Below are positions 17,120 through 27,118 of a stretch of DNA of 64,000 nucleotides, one piece after another. How positions within the stretch are numbered: position 1 is the first letter of the stretch; every line of letters begins with the position of its first letter. Source of the stretch: an uncultured delta proteobacterium (GTDB lineage: Bacteria; Desulfobacterota; Binatia; Binatales; Binataceae). The notes under the pieces were generated by a model. The model searched no databases. It was not told where the DNA came from and was given only the letters and a program-made list of their open reading frames with translations. The position numbers and the translations under genes are program-made. Location of the stretch: the NCBI GenBank assembly GCA_963724765.1, contig CAVRVY010000001.1:736001-800000 (forward strand). Direction: 5' to 3'.

Positions 17120-17695
17120 ATGAGAAGAGATATGCTCGGACGGATTATCAAATCAACGTGCCTTGTGCTCGCAGTGGCGTTTTTGGCCGCGGCTACGTGC
17201 ATGGCCGCAAACCTCGACGGAGTACCCGTGCGCAACACCGGCCACTACGCGATTATCGACAGCGATCGCGGCATCATTGTGATCGAGTTATACCCTGCCG
17301 TCGCACCCAAGACGGTCGAAAACTTCGAGACCCTCACCAAGAAGGGTTTCTACAACGGCCTCACCTTCCATCGCGTGGTGCCAGGCTTCGTGGTCCAAGG
17401 CGGCGACCCTAAGGGTGACGGCAGCGGCGGCCCCGGCTACGACCTGCCCGCCGAGATCAGCCCGGCCGAAAAACACCTGCGCGGCTCGGTGGCGACGGCG
17501 CGTCTGGGCGACGCGGTCAATCCGGAACGCAAGTCCAGCGGCAGCCAGTTCTATATCTGCCTCGAGCCGCAGCCCGGCCTCGACGGCCAGTACACGGTCT
17601 TCGGTGGCGTAATCGAGGGGATGGACGTGGTCGACAAAATCCAGGTTGGCGATCACATGAAGAAGGTTACGCTGGCCTCCCAGCCGCCAAAATAA
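17120..17695 (+). CDS. Exported cyclophilin-type peptidyl-prolyl isomerase
   Basis: 'APKTVENF', 'FHRVVPGFVVQGGDP', 'GSQFYI', 'LDGQYTVFG'; signal peptide; start codon uncertain (17108/17120/17132). Confidence 0.9.
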   Translation: MRRDMLGRIIKSTCLVLAVAFLAAATCMAANLDGVPVRNTGHYAIIDSDRGIIVIELYPAVAPKTVENFETLTKKGFYNGLTFHRVVPGFVVQGGDPKGDGSGGPGYDLPAEISPAEKHLRGSVATARLGDAVNPERKSSGSQFYICLEPQPGLDGQYTVFGGVIEGMDVVDKIQVGDHMKKVTLASQPPK

Positions 17696-17768
17696 ATCCG
17701 TGAGGATCGCAATAGTGGACCGGGCCCTTTCGGTTCGTAAGACGGATCGGAAATAGGTCGGCGGCTAC

Positions 17769-18497
17769 ATGAGCATCGCGGCACGCGGGCCTCAGGCCGG
17801 GCCCTACTTCACCGTCGACCTCCATCTGCACACCAATCGCGGGAGCGCGGATTCCAATCTGTCGCCGCGCGACCTGGTCGAGCGCGCCGGCGCTATCGGC
17901 ATCGGAGCGGTGTGCATCACCGAGCACGACACAATGTGGCCCCTGGCCGAGTTGGGCGAAGCGGCGCGCGAGGCCGGCGTGCTGCTGCTGCGCGGGATGG
18001 AAGTGACGACCGACATGGGCCATATCGGCGTCTTCGGCCTGGACACCTACCTCGGCGGAATCCACAAGCTCGCCGAGTTGCGGCGCATCGCCGACCAGAG
18101 CGGCGCCATCCTGATTGCCAACCATCCCTTCCGCTACAAGCTCGACGCGCGGATGTCGTTTATGAACTCCGACCATGAACCGATCGACCAGGCGCATCCC
18201 GACCGCGCGGCCGGGCTCGAGATTTTCCGCATGGTCGACGCGATCGAGGCGCTCAACGGCGCCTGCTCGGAAGAGGAAAACCTCTTCGCGCTCAAGGTCG
18301 CCGAGGGTCTAGGGTTGGCCGTGGTAGCGGGCAGCGATTCGCATTCGGCAAGTTCGATCGGATGCGTAACGACGCTTTTTCCGGAGCCGGTCCGCAGCGA
18401 GCGCGAGCTGATCGACGCGATTCGCGCCCGCCGATCGCGCGCCGGCCGCGGACTGCTCAAGAACGCGGTCGCGCCATTCGAGCTTCCCACCGCGTAG
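17769..18497 (+). CDS. PHP-domain metal-dependent phosphoesterase
   Basis: DLHLHT, ITEHD, GMEVTT..GH, ANHP, GSDSH. Confidence 0.88.
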   Translation: MSIAARGPQAGPYFTVDLHLHTNRGSADSNLSPRDLVERAGAIGIGAVCITEHDTMWPLAELGEAAREAGVLLLRGMEVTTDMGHIGVFGLDTYLGGIHKLAELRRIADQSGAILIANHPFRYKLDARMSFMNSDHEPIDQAHPDRAAGLEIFRMVDAIEALNGACSEEENLFALKVAEGLGLAVVAGSDSHSASSIGCVTTLFPEPVRSERELIDAIRARRSRAGRGLLKNAVAPFELPTA

Positions 18498-21400
18498 ATC
18501 GCATCGACTTAGGGAAATTTTGGAGTGAAAGATCGGGGTCGAATCAGCGAGGCCTCCTTACGGCAGGCTGCAATCGAGGACGATAGCTGTGACTTGGCGC
18601 CTATTTCCTGAAAGCGTGTCGGCTTCCCCATCAAGAATTGTTGTGCTTCCTCGCGCGTCGCGAACGGGACCGTCGACGTAGATAGTCAGATTTGTTCCAG
18701 TGCTCGCGTTCTAACCACGCGACAACGTAGAGGCCGTGTCTGCAATCGGAATGAGCAAAGTAGTCATCGACGAGTTGGGCCTTCATTGCGGTCTTCAAAT
18801 CTTTGTTCCAACAGCCCTTTACTTCGATGATTGCTTTAACGCGGTCGAGATGTTCATCGCGTCGCCGAGCGATCGCATCAACGTGTATGTCAACCGACGC
18901 CCCTCGACCGCGCTCGCTCGGATAAATTTCGAGTTCCCGCCCCGCGACGACTCCGCGCGCCTTCAAGTCGTCGTCTAAACGCGCCCTTGATGTAGTCCGA
19001 TAGCGCACTCTCATCCTTCGGCTTGCGACTAGACTCATCCCAGAGGAACCTTGCGCGAGGTGTTTCTGACCTCAGCCTTTCCTGAAGGCGACTCAATGCT
19101 TCTCCGACGACCGACAACAACTCGTCACCGTTCCTAACAAGGCGTTTTTCGCCACTACCGACAAGCTCAGAGAGCATAGCGGGATCGGGAGGACTCCACT
19201 CTTGGCGCCGCGAACTTTCTTTGGTTCGATCAGTAGTACTTGCAGCCAATCGAGTTCTGGACATGCGTCAATAATTCTCTCGATCGCGGTACATGCGCGC
19301 TTCGACGCCTTCGCCTTTAATCGTTGAAGCAAGTTGTCGCGCAAGAAAACGATCGAATCGCGGGGACTGACGCGTGGACCCATCGTGGCGCGCGACCTAT
19401 TTCCGGGAAGCGGCTTCGCCAATTGAATAATCGGCAAGCTCGTCCTTATCGAGTTCGTCGAGAACCGCAGGTTGATCGATGATTCCGTTAGCGCACACCG
19501 CTAGCATGACGTCTCTGCCGAAATCCTCGTCGGTCTTGATAGCGCGCCAAACCTGAAGCCAAGCCTCATGATCGCCGTGTATAAGTAGTTCTCTTGCTGC
19601 GACCAATGACCGTTGCCTTTGCTGCCCTTCGGTTGGCGGCGGAACTGTTACAAACCGTAGGGCATGATCGCGCGCTTGCGCCGCTTCTGTTCCAAGAAGC
19701 ATAGACAAGAGGTAACCTTCCTGCTCGGGTGTGAGCTTCCCGCCTTCGAGGATTTTTAAGAGGGCTGACCAGAGCAACTCTCCCGCCACACCGCGCAGTA
19801 AGTCGAAGACGAACGCGATTTGGGCCAACCTGTTCTGTTTATCACCCTCGATTAGTCGAATCGCCGTGTCTACGACGCGTTCGGCCGCTTGGACATAGGC
19901 TATCTTTCCGAGCTCGCGCTGAACTTCCTGTTCGTCCTCGCCGAAAGACGGCCAGGAAAAGATAGCCGGCGTCCAACGTGCCCATACCTCAGGCGGAAGG
20001 CGTTCAAATACGTCGGCTGTCTCAAGCTTGAGCAGGCGCAGAGCACGGTATCCGGATACGGGTTCGTAACGAAGGTTGCCCGTCCCTAGCCACACAGAAG
20101 TTCGTGGATCGCCAGATTCCAAGTAAGCTGGAGCCGTCGCGACAATCCTCACCCTCGTAGCATCGTCAAGGACGCTCCAACCGGGTAACGCGCGGAGATC
20201 GCTTTGGATAGTGTCTGGAGCTGCATTGGGCTTATATGCCAACGCCTTATTGATTCGCCACCACGCATCGAAGTCTCCTGCGGCGAAGAGATTTAGCTGT
20301 TGAGAGACGTAGGCCTGAACATCGAATTTTTTCGCGGTTTGAGCGTCGCTGCGGTTCGACAGTCGTTGAATTTCTAAATGACGGGAGAATTGCTCTGTGA
20401 GAGCTGTCGCCTCGGGCGACATCAGCGCCACTCGCCTCCGAAATACATTTACTTCCTTTTGAGATTGTCGATCCGCTGTTCCTCTTCGTAATTTATCTCG
20501 AACTGAGTGGGATCACACGGATCAAATGCGAACTTTATCACTCTCGCTAGTATAGACTGATTCGCTGGCGCTGCTGACCGCAATTCCTTCAAAAGCCAGG
20601 GGACATCCGGGGTGCGAACAAGATGGCTGAACAATAAAGTAACAGCGCTGTCATCGTCATCAGAGATACGAGAAAGAGAGGCCAGCGCGAGTGCGCGCCG
20701 TCGCTCGTGGTCGTTATTAAACAACTGCTTCAGGCGTTCGCTCTCATTGTCGAATCCCACGAGCGAAATCAAGGAATGGCGAGCCTTCAGCCTCGGAATC
20801 GCGGCCAGTGCGAATGCGTCAGCGATTGATTTATCGCCAAGGTGGCTCCATGCCTTCACAAAAATCATGACGATGAAACGTTCAACACGAAACGCAGCAT
20901 CCGGCGTTGCCGGATGCCGCGCGGCCCATTCTAGGGCGATCGGCAAGTTCGCTGCTTCTAAAGCCGGCATAATCTGGGTACTAAGAAAGAACTGGTAACT
21001 GCCGATGTGGTTCTCTTCCTTGGGCGCGGACAGCGCTGAAAACAACTCAGTGGCAGTCATTCGCTGGGGCCAAAGGAGTCGTAACGCTTCGCCTCGAAGA
21101 TCATCCCCCGCCGCGAACCCCGGAGGGCTCAAGAGCCATGATTTGATCGAATCCAGCGAAGCTGAATCGCCGCAGTCGGCGAGAGCGGAAATGGCGCGCG
21201 AACGAAGTTCGTCGCGTTCCAACTCGTCAATCGCCAATCACGCCAGATTCGGGCCGAGTTCGCGCAGTTTGCATTGTTCCGCCATTTCGATCGCGACCCG
21301 TCGTGCCATGAAAATTCTTGACCGATCCCTTATGAGCGGCCTCAGTTGGTCGGCCAGTTGTGGGTGCAACAGTTTGTGATAGTGCCGGCGGAAATCCCGC

Positions 21401-22125
21401 CATACGTCATGTTCGAGCCCTCCCTCGATTGCCGCAATCAGCGAGGCGACGAGCTTCGCGCGCCTATGGGTGCCATGCACTCCAACGTCACTGGCGAGCA
21501 AGGCACCCGGGTCATCTTCTACCAGCGCGTCGAACAAATCCGTTCTCATCGTGGCTAGCCAAGTCATCGCCTCTCGCAGCTGAGGAACGACCACCCGCTT
21601 CCCGCTTTCGATCTGGGTGACCAAGGCAAGAAGCTGCACAAGCGGGGTATGTCGGACGACCAGGTAGTGGGCTGCCAAGAACTCGCCGTAGGTCTGGTGC
21701 GCAAATCCGAGACGGTCTGGTCCTCGCCGGCTGAACAGCCCGGTTCGAAGTGACTCTTCAATCTCAGGTTTCCCGACGTCAAACTCGCGACCATTGTCTC
21801 CCTCTCGTCCGCCGACCAGGTCCTCTATGCACAGGTCGCGCGCTTCGCGCAAAGCTGAGTCGGAGGCGGTCAGAATGGTAGGTCGATTTACAAAAGAAGC
21901 TTGTCGCTGCAATGCGCGCGGCCACCAGCAACCGCTGACCCGCAGTGAAGTGTCCTTCAAACCCCGCCATCCAGCGACTCCGGCTCGACTCCTGCGCCAA
22001 GAGCTCGCAGCCACGCAAGTACAGGTCTCTCTTGCTAGATGGAAGTTTTCCGTCGCGTGCAAATTGCTCTAGCAGGAACTTGAGGGTCAGAGGCTTAATC
22101 GCTTGAGGAATTACGTCGGCTCTAG

Positions 22126-23431
22126 CAGGCCGTTGAGGAAGGGGTTTGATTAGTCAGGGTGATCGCCGTGGTAGTGATAGAAGCGCTGGATTTAGTAATC
22201 GGGTTCGACGGTATTTCGCTGGCCGAGGCGAGCGCGGCGGTATGGTGGAGTCGTGCTTCATGCGGGGGCCGGGTCGAGTCTGGCGATTCGGAGCAGGTTG
22301 TAGGCGGCGGCCATCAGGTAGGCGTGGAGTTGGGTGCGGTCGAGGCCGCAATAGCGCGTTTTGCGCAGGCCGCCCACGGTCTTCATCCAGCCGAAGATCT
22401 CTTCGACCCGCTTGCGTACCCTTTGGCTCACCGCGTAGCCGGCATGACGGGCAGTGCGGCGGTCGAGTGCGGAGCCGCCGGCGCGACTCTCATTGCGCGC
22501 GAGGTGCGGGGTGACCTTGAGTGCGCGGCACGCGGCGACGAACTCGGCAGTGTCGTAGCCCTTGTCGGCACCCAGTGTAATCCGCCGGCTGCCCGGCAAC
22601 GCGGTCTCCAGCATCGCACGGGCACTTTTGCGCTCGGCGTAGCCGTCGGCTGGTTCGACCGCGAACTCGATCAGAAGACCGTTGCGGTTCTCCATCAGCG
22701 CGTTGGCCGAGTAACACAACTTCGCTTCCTTGCCCGCGCCCTTCTTCGCCAGCTTCGCCTCGGGGTCGGTGGTCGACTGATGAGTCGCGTTGCGGCGGCG
22801 CTCGCCGTGGAAGTTAATCGTCGGGTTGCCGGGGTCGTCGGGCGGCTGGCTCGGTTCCCGCTCCTTGCGCTTGAATCTCTGTGAGCACCGCCTAGGTCTG
22901 GATCAGCGTGCCATCCACGGCGAAGGCTCGTCCGAAAGCAACTGCATGGTCCGGGCCTGCGCGACCACGCGGGTAAAAAATTCGCGCGCCACGTCGTGCT
23001 CCAAAAGCCGCGCCCGGTTGCGCGAGAAGGTCGAATGGTCGAAGCTCGGCTCGGCCGCATCCAGATCGAGGAACCACGGAAAAACAGGTTGTAGTCGAGC
23101 TGCTCGCACAACATCCGTTCGCTGCGCACCGTATAGAGCGCCATCAGCAACGAGCCCTTCAGCAGTCGCTCGGGCGGGATCGACGGCCGTCCGATCGCGC
23201 TGTACATCTCATCGAACAGCGGCGAAAGGTGCGACCAAAGCCGCATCGGCGAGTTCCTTGACCCGCCGCAGCGGATGCTCCTTCGGCACCCGATCGCCAG
23301 GCTCCATGATCATCAATATCGCCCGCTGCCGCCGCTCTTCTCCCCGCATCTGCCGCTTCCTCCACCAATCCGATTGCTCACTCTGACGAATTATATCGAA
23401 GTGAAATTGAGGCTTTTTTATCAACGGCCTG
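22126..23431 (-). mobile_element. IS5-family insertion sequence, 1,306 bp
   Basis: 11-bp terminal inverted repeats CAGGCCGTTGA (22126-22136) and TCAACGGCCTG (23421-23431); CTAG flank at 22122-22125; internal transposase. Confidence 0.85.
22258..23349 (-). pseudogene. IS5-family DDE transposase (frameshifted)
   Basis: 'MRGEERRQ...RVPKEHPLR', 'GRPSIPPERLL', 'DHSTFSRNRARL', 'LGADKGYD', 'RKRVEEIFGWMK', 'AAAYNLLR' spread over several frames; GGAGG RBS. Confidence 0.85.
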
Positions 23432-24568
23432 ACGAGAGATTGCCGTCAGGAATCATCGGACTCAGAGCGATTTGCTTAGCCGATAGGTAAACGTCGCGTC
23501 GTCGGAGCGGAGCCAATTCGAAGATGCCGGTCTGGTCCTTCGGCCAAAGTGCTGAAAGCTCGTCGCTCAATTCCGTGGGCCATTCCGCAGCCCGGCAAGC
23601 GATCCGAAGCAGCAACCGCTCGACCGGATATTGTTTGCGTTTGAATTTCGTGATCAGAAACGGCGCGAGGTTTCGGATAAGGAGCCGGCACTCGTCGAAG
23701 CTGTCGAGAAAGAGATGCAGCTGCCTATTGGAGGCCAGCCACGTCCGAAACGTGTTTCCTCGAACACGTCTCGGTCCAACTGCTCTATACTGCTGTATGC
23801 TGAAGCTCGATCCATTCGATAAGGTTTCCAGAGTGCACAGCATCTTCTTCGATTGCCTTGCGCTCTGAGTTCAGCGTGTCTGTTTTCCCGATGCCCGGTT
23901 CGCCCAGAAACACTAAGAAGCGCTTCGTACTGATGTCCGAGAAACGTACGAGATTGGGACTAATGGGTGCAGCGTGAACACTATCTGGATCGGGCGGATA
24001 GCCATTGAAGTCGAGGTTAATTGCACTTCCGCTCGGGCACCAGAATCGGGTCCAAGGAAAATACGGCGATTCCCTTACGGTAGCGGGCCGTGTGGGCTCG
24101 TCCCGCTCGCCGCTGTCGCGCGAGTTAGCAAGCATGGCTCGTTAGTTTAGCACAAGCGTTGCCGCCGAGGGCTTCCCTCCGACCTCGGCTGGGGGGCGAA
24201 TTGCTGCGAGCACTGAGGATTGGCCGTGTTGCCAGCCGCGAGCCGCTCCGGTAGCGAATCTGCCCGACAGCAGTCTCACTACAATTGCCGCGAACCTCAA
24301 GCGCAGTGCCCTTATCGCGCGAGGGAGACGGCCCGCGCATAGCGAAAAGATCAGAACGAGGAAGCGCCGCAGAAAACGGACATCCGGCGCTTCTTCGCTC
24401 GATCCCCACTTAATCCTCCCAAAACACGGGGGAGAAGTCAGAAACAGACTATCACGCTCTCAGCGCACCGATCTTCGTTGGTCGCGGCGTCCATAGCGTG
24501 ACGATTGCTCTACCATGGTTGTGGAACAAACAGCGCGCGGGATAAAATTGATCGGACCCACACGTATC

Positions 24569-26944
24569 ATGGCAGTCAACCGCGATCGGCTCGCACTCAT
24601 CGAGGACATCTCCGCCATCGGCGGCGATGCCGCCAATAGCCTGCGCGAGACCTTGGACAAGACCGTCGCCGCGATCGCCGCCGGCATGGAGGTCGAGGTC
24701 TGTTCGCTCTATCTCTTCGACGCGCAGCGCGAGCGCCTGGTGCTGCGCGCCACGGTCGGGCTGGAGGAGGAATCGGTCGGCAAGGTCTCGCTGCGGGTCA
24801 ACGAGGGACTGGTCGGACTGGTGGTCGAGCACGGCCAGCCGGTAACGGTGGCCGACGCGATCAGCCATCCGCGCTACAAATATTTTCCGGAAACCGGCGA
24901 AGAGCGCTACCACGCCTTTTTGGGCGTGCCGGTGCAGGATGGGCGGCAAAAGCCGATCGGCGTGATGGTGGTGCAGACCTTTCGCAGCCGCAAATTTGGC
25001 CCGGGCGAAGTGCGCCTGCTCAAGACCGCGGCCAACCAGGTGGCGCAAATCCTCTCGCACTTCCGCCTGCGCGAGACCCTCGCGACCAAGGAAAAGGAAC
25101 GCGACGAGTACCGCCGGCGGATGATCGAAGCCAATCGCCAGCTCAAGGGCTACGAGAAAATCGGCGGTGAGACCCGCGTCGCCGCGCCGGTCAAGGTGCG
25201 CCGCCCGCGCCTGGTCGGACTGGCCGCGGCGCCTGGCTTCGGCCACGGCGTGGCGCATGTGGTCGGGACTTTTTTGAGCACCATCGACCGCAACCTGCGC
25301 GCACGCGACATCCGGGGCGAGCACAAGCGGCTGGAAGAGGCGCTGGTGCGTTCGCTCGCCGAACTCGACGCGGTCAGGCATCGGATGACGCCGCTGATGC
25401 CGGAGTCCGAGCTCAAGATTTTCGACGCCCACAAGATGATCCTACAGGACGACGAATTCGTCGGCCGCATCCGCGACATCGTCGCCACCGGCTACGCGGC
25501 CGAGAGCGCGCTGTTCCGGGTGATCGACGAGCTGAGTGCGCAACTACTCGCCGTGGCTGACGGCTACCTGCGCGAGCGCGCCACCGACTTCCGCGACGTC
25601 GGCCATCGTTTGTTGCGCCACATGCGCCAGGACGAACGGCGCAATCAGTTCACCAAGGCCACCATTCTTGTGGCCGAGGAGCTGACGCTCTCGCAACTGA
25701 CGTTGGTGTCGCACGAGAACCTGGTCGGCATCGCCCTGGAGTCGGGCGGAACGACCTCGCACGCCGCGCTGCTCGCGCGCGCCTTCGAGATTCCGACCGT
25801 GGTCGGCGTCGACCATCTGATGGAATCGGTGGCCGAGGGCGACAACCTGGTGCTCGACGGCAACTCGGGCATCGTTTATGTCAATCCCGCGCCCGAGGTC
25901 GAACGCGAATACCAGGTGCTGCACCGGCGTTACGACGCGTTTCGGCGCGACCTGATGGAGGACGGCGGCGAGCCCGCCGCCACGCGCGACGGCAACCGGG
26001 TCCATCTCCTGGCCAACATCGCGCTCTATTACGACATCCCGCTCGCGCTGAAGTACGGCGCCGAGGGCGTGGGCCTGATGCGCTCGGAGTTCTCGTTTCT
26101 GACCTACGAGGATTTCCCCGACGAGAATCAGCAGATTGCGCTGTACACGCGGATGCTCGAGGCGGTAGGCAAGCGCCCGGTGACGATTCGCACGCTCGAC
26201 ATCGGCGCCGACAAGTATCCGCCCTACATGCGGGTGCCGCGCGAGGACAATCCGTTCCTGGGCTGGCGCTCGATTCGCATCTCGCTCGAAATGCCGAGCC
26301 TGTTCAAGGTCCAGCTCCGCGCCATCCTGCGCGCCGCCGTGCGCCACGACGTAAAGATCCTGTTTCCGATGATCTCGAGCCTCGAGGAGCTGCGCCGCGC
26401 GCGCGAGCTGCTCGCCGAGTCGCAGGGCGAGCTGTTCCGCGAAGGGCTCGAGCACAATCCCGCCGTCAAGGTCGGAATCATGGTCGAGGTGCCCTCGGCG
26501 GTGTGGCTGGCGCCGCGGCTCATCCGCGAGGTCGACTTCTTCTCCATCGGCACCAATGATCTCATCCAGTACCTGCTTGCTGCCGACCGCAACAACCCGC
26601 GCGTGGCGCACCTGTATGAAGCGCTCCATCCCGCCGTGCTCTCAGCAATCGCCGAAGTCGTCAACGTGGCGCGCGCCGCGGGCAAGGAGGTCTGCATCTG
26701 CGGCGAGATGGCCTCGGACCCGCTGGCCACGCTGCTGCTGATCGGGATGGGCCTCGACCAGCTCAGCCTGAGTCCGCTGTTTATCCCGGTGATTCGCAAA
26801 ATCGTGCGCGAGACCAACTATCGCACCGCGCGGCTTATCGCGCACGACACGCTCGAGATGGCCAGCGTGCAGGAGATCAAGGGTTATCTTATCGAGCGCT
26901 ATCGCGACCTGGGGCTGATCAAGCTTGTGGAAATGTTCCGCTAG
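24569..26944 (+). CDS. ptsP: GAF-domain phosphoenolpyruvate-protein phosphotransferase (EI-Ntr type)
   Basis: N-terminal GAF; 'GGTTSHAALLARA' phospho-His; 'RTLDIGADK', 'NPFLGWR', 'SIGTNDL', 'CGEMA'. Confidence 0.92.
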   Translation: MAVNRDRLALIEDISAIGGDAANSLRETLDKTVAAIAAGMEVEVCSLYLFDAQRERLVLRATVGLEEESVGKVSLRVNEGLVGLVVEHGQPVTVADAISHPRYKYFPETGEERYHAFLGVPVQDGRQKPIGVMVVQTFRSRKFGPGEVRLLKTAANQVAQILSHFRLRETLATKEKERDEYRRRMIEANRQLKGYEKIGGETRVAAPVKVRRPRLVGLAAAPGFGHGVAHVVGTFLSTIDRNLRARDIRGEHKRLEEALVRSLAELDAVRHRMTPLMPESELKIFDAHKMILQDDEFVGRIRDIVATGYAAESALFRVIDELSAQLLAVADGYLRERATDFRDVGHRLLRHMRQDERRNQFTKATILVAEELTLSQLTLVSHENLVGIALESGGTTSHAALLARAFEIPTVVGVDHLMESVAEGDNLVLDGNSGIVYVNPAPEVEREYQVLHRRYDAFRRDLMEDGGEPAATRDGNRVHLLANIALYYDIPLALKYGAEGVGLMRSEFSFLTYEDFPDENQQIALYTRMLEAVGKRPVTIRTLDIGADKYPPYMRVPREDNPFLGWRSIRISLEMPSLFKVQLRAILRAAVRHDVKILFPMISSLEELRRARELLAESQGELFREGLEHNPAVKVGIMVEVPSAVWLAPRLIREVDFFSIGTNDLIQYLLAADRNNPRVAHLYEALHPAVLSAIAEVVNVARAAGKEVCICGEMASDPLATLLLIGMGLDQLSLSPLFIPVIRKIVRETNYRTARLIAHDTLEMASVQEIKGYLIERYRDLGLIKLVEMFR

Positions 26945-27044
26945 ATGTGAAAATGTTCCTTAAATAACGGACCTTTTGCGTGGGGAGGGTTGTGGATGTG
27001 CGGCGGGTCTGCAATGTTGACTTTATAGGTCGGGATTAGTTTAC

Positions 27045-27062
27045 TCTGACCGTTCGGTTAGA
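27045..27062. promoter_or_regulatory. Imperfect palindrome TCTGACCG-TT-CGGTTAGA, possible TetR-type operator
   Basis: 7/8 inverted match just downstream of TTGACT (27017-27022) and upstream of the radical SAM gene. Confidence 0.35.
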
Positions 27063-27118
27063 AAGCGTTTCGCCCAACAGTTCGGACATTACTTTGGCGT
27101 GGCGGAAAAAGGATCTGA

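Larger units (their letters stand above)
18558..24135 (-). pseudogene. Fragmented NACHT/STAND NTPase with C-terminal PD-(D/E)XK nuclease (about 1,420 codons after removing the IS)
   Basis: Collinear fragments give Walker A GEPGIGKT, Walker B LFLDSFDE, 'LRIACR', 'KPLTLKFL', 'FAHQTYGEFLAAHYL', a helical region, and 'VDIHVD...IIEVKGCW', ending '...AIVLDCSLP*' at 18558; many frameshifts, one in-frame TGA at 21238-21240, IS insertion. Confidence 0.8.

Noticed and set aside
22066-22076. GCTCTAGCAGG repeated at 22119-22129, possible second IS end
   Set aside because: It lies in sequence that translates cleanly as the NACHT protein (KFLLEQ), so it is most likely chance.
22159-22884. 241-aa plus-strand ORF
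   Set aside because: Antisense to the IS5 transposase, with no recognisable motifs.
24358-24436. Hairpin plus CCCCAC...CCTCCC...GGGGGAG REP-like remnant at the island edge
   Set aside because: Single degenerate copy in the window; cannot be supported without a genome-wide search.
18498-24514. Prophage or integrative element
   Set aside because: No integrase, phage genes, flanking tRNA or convincing att direct repeats were seen.
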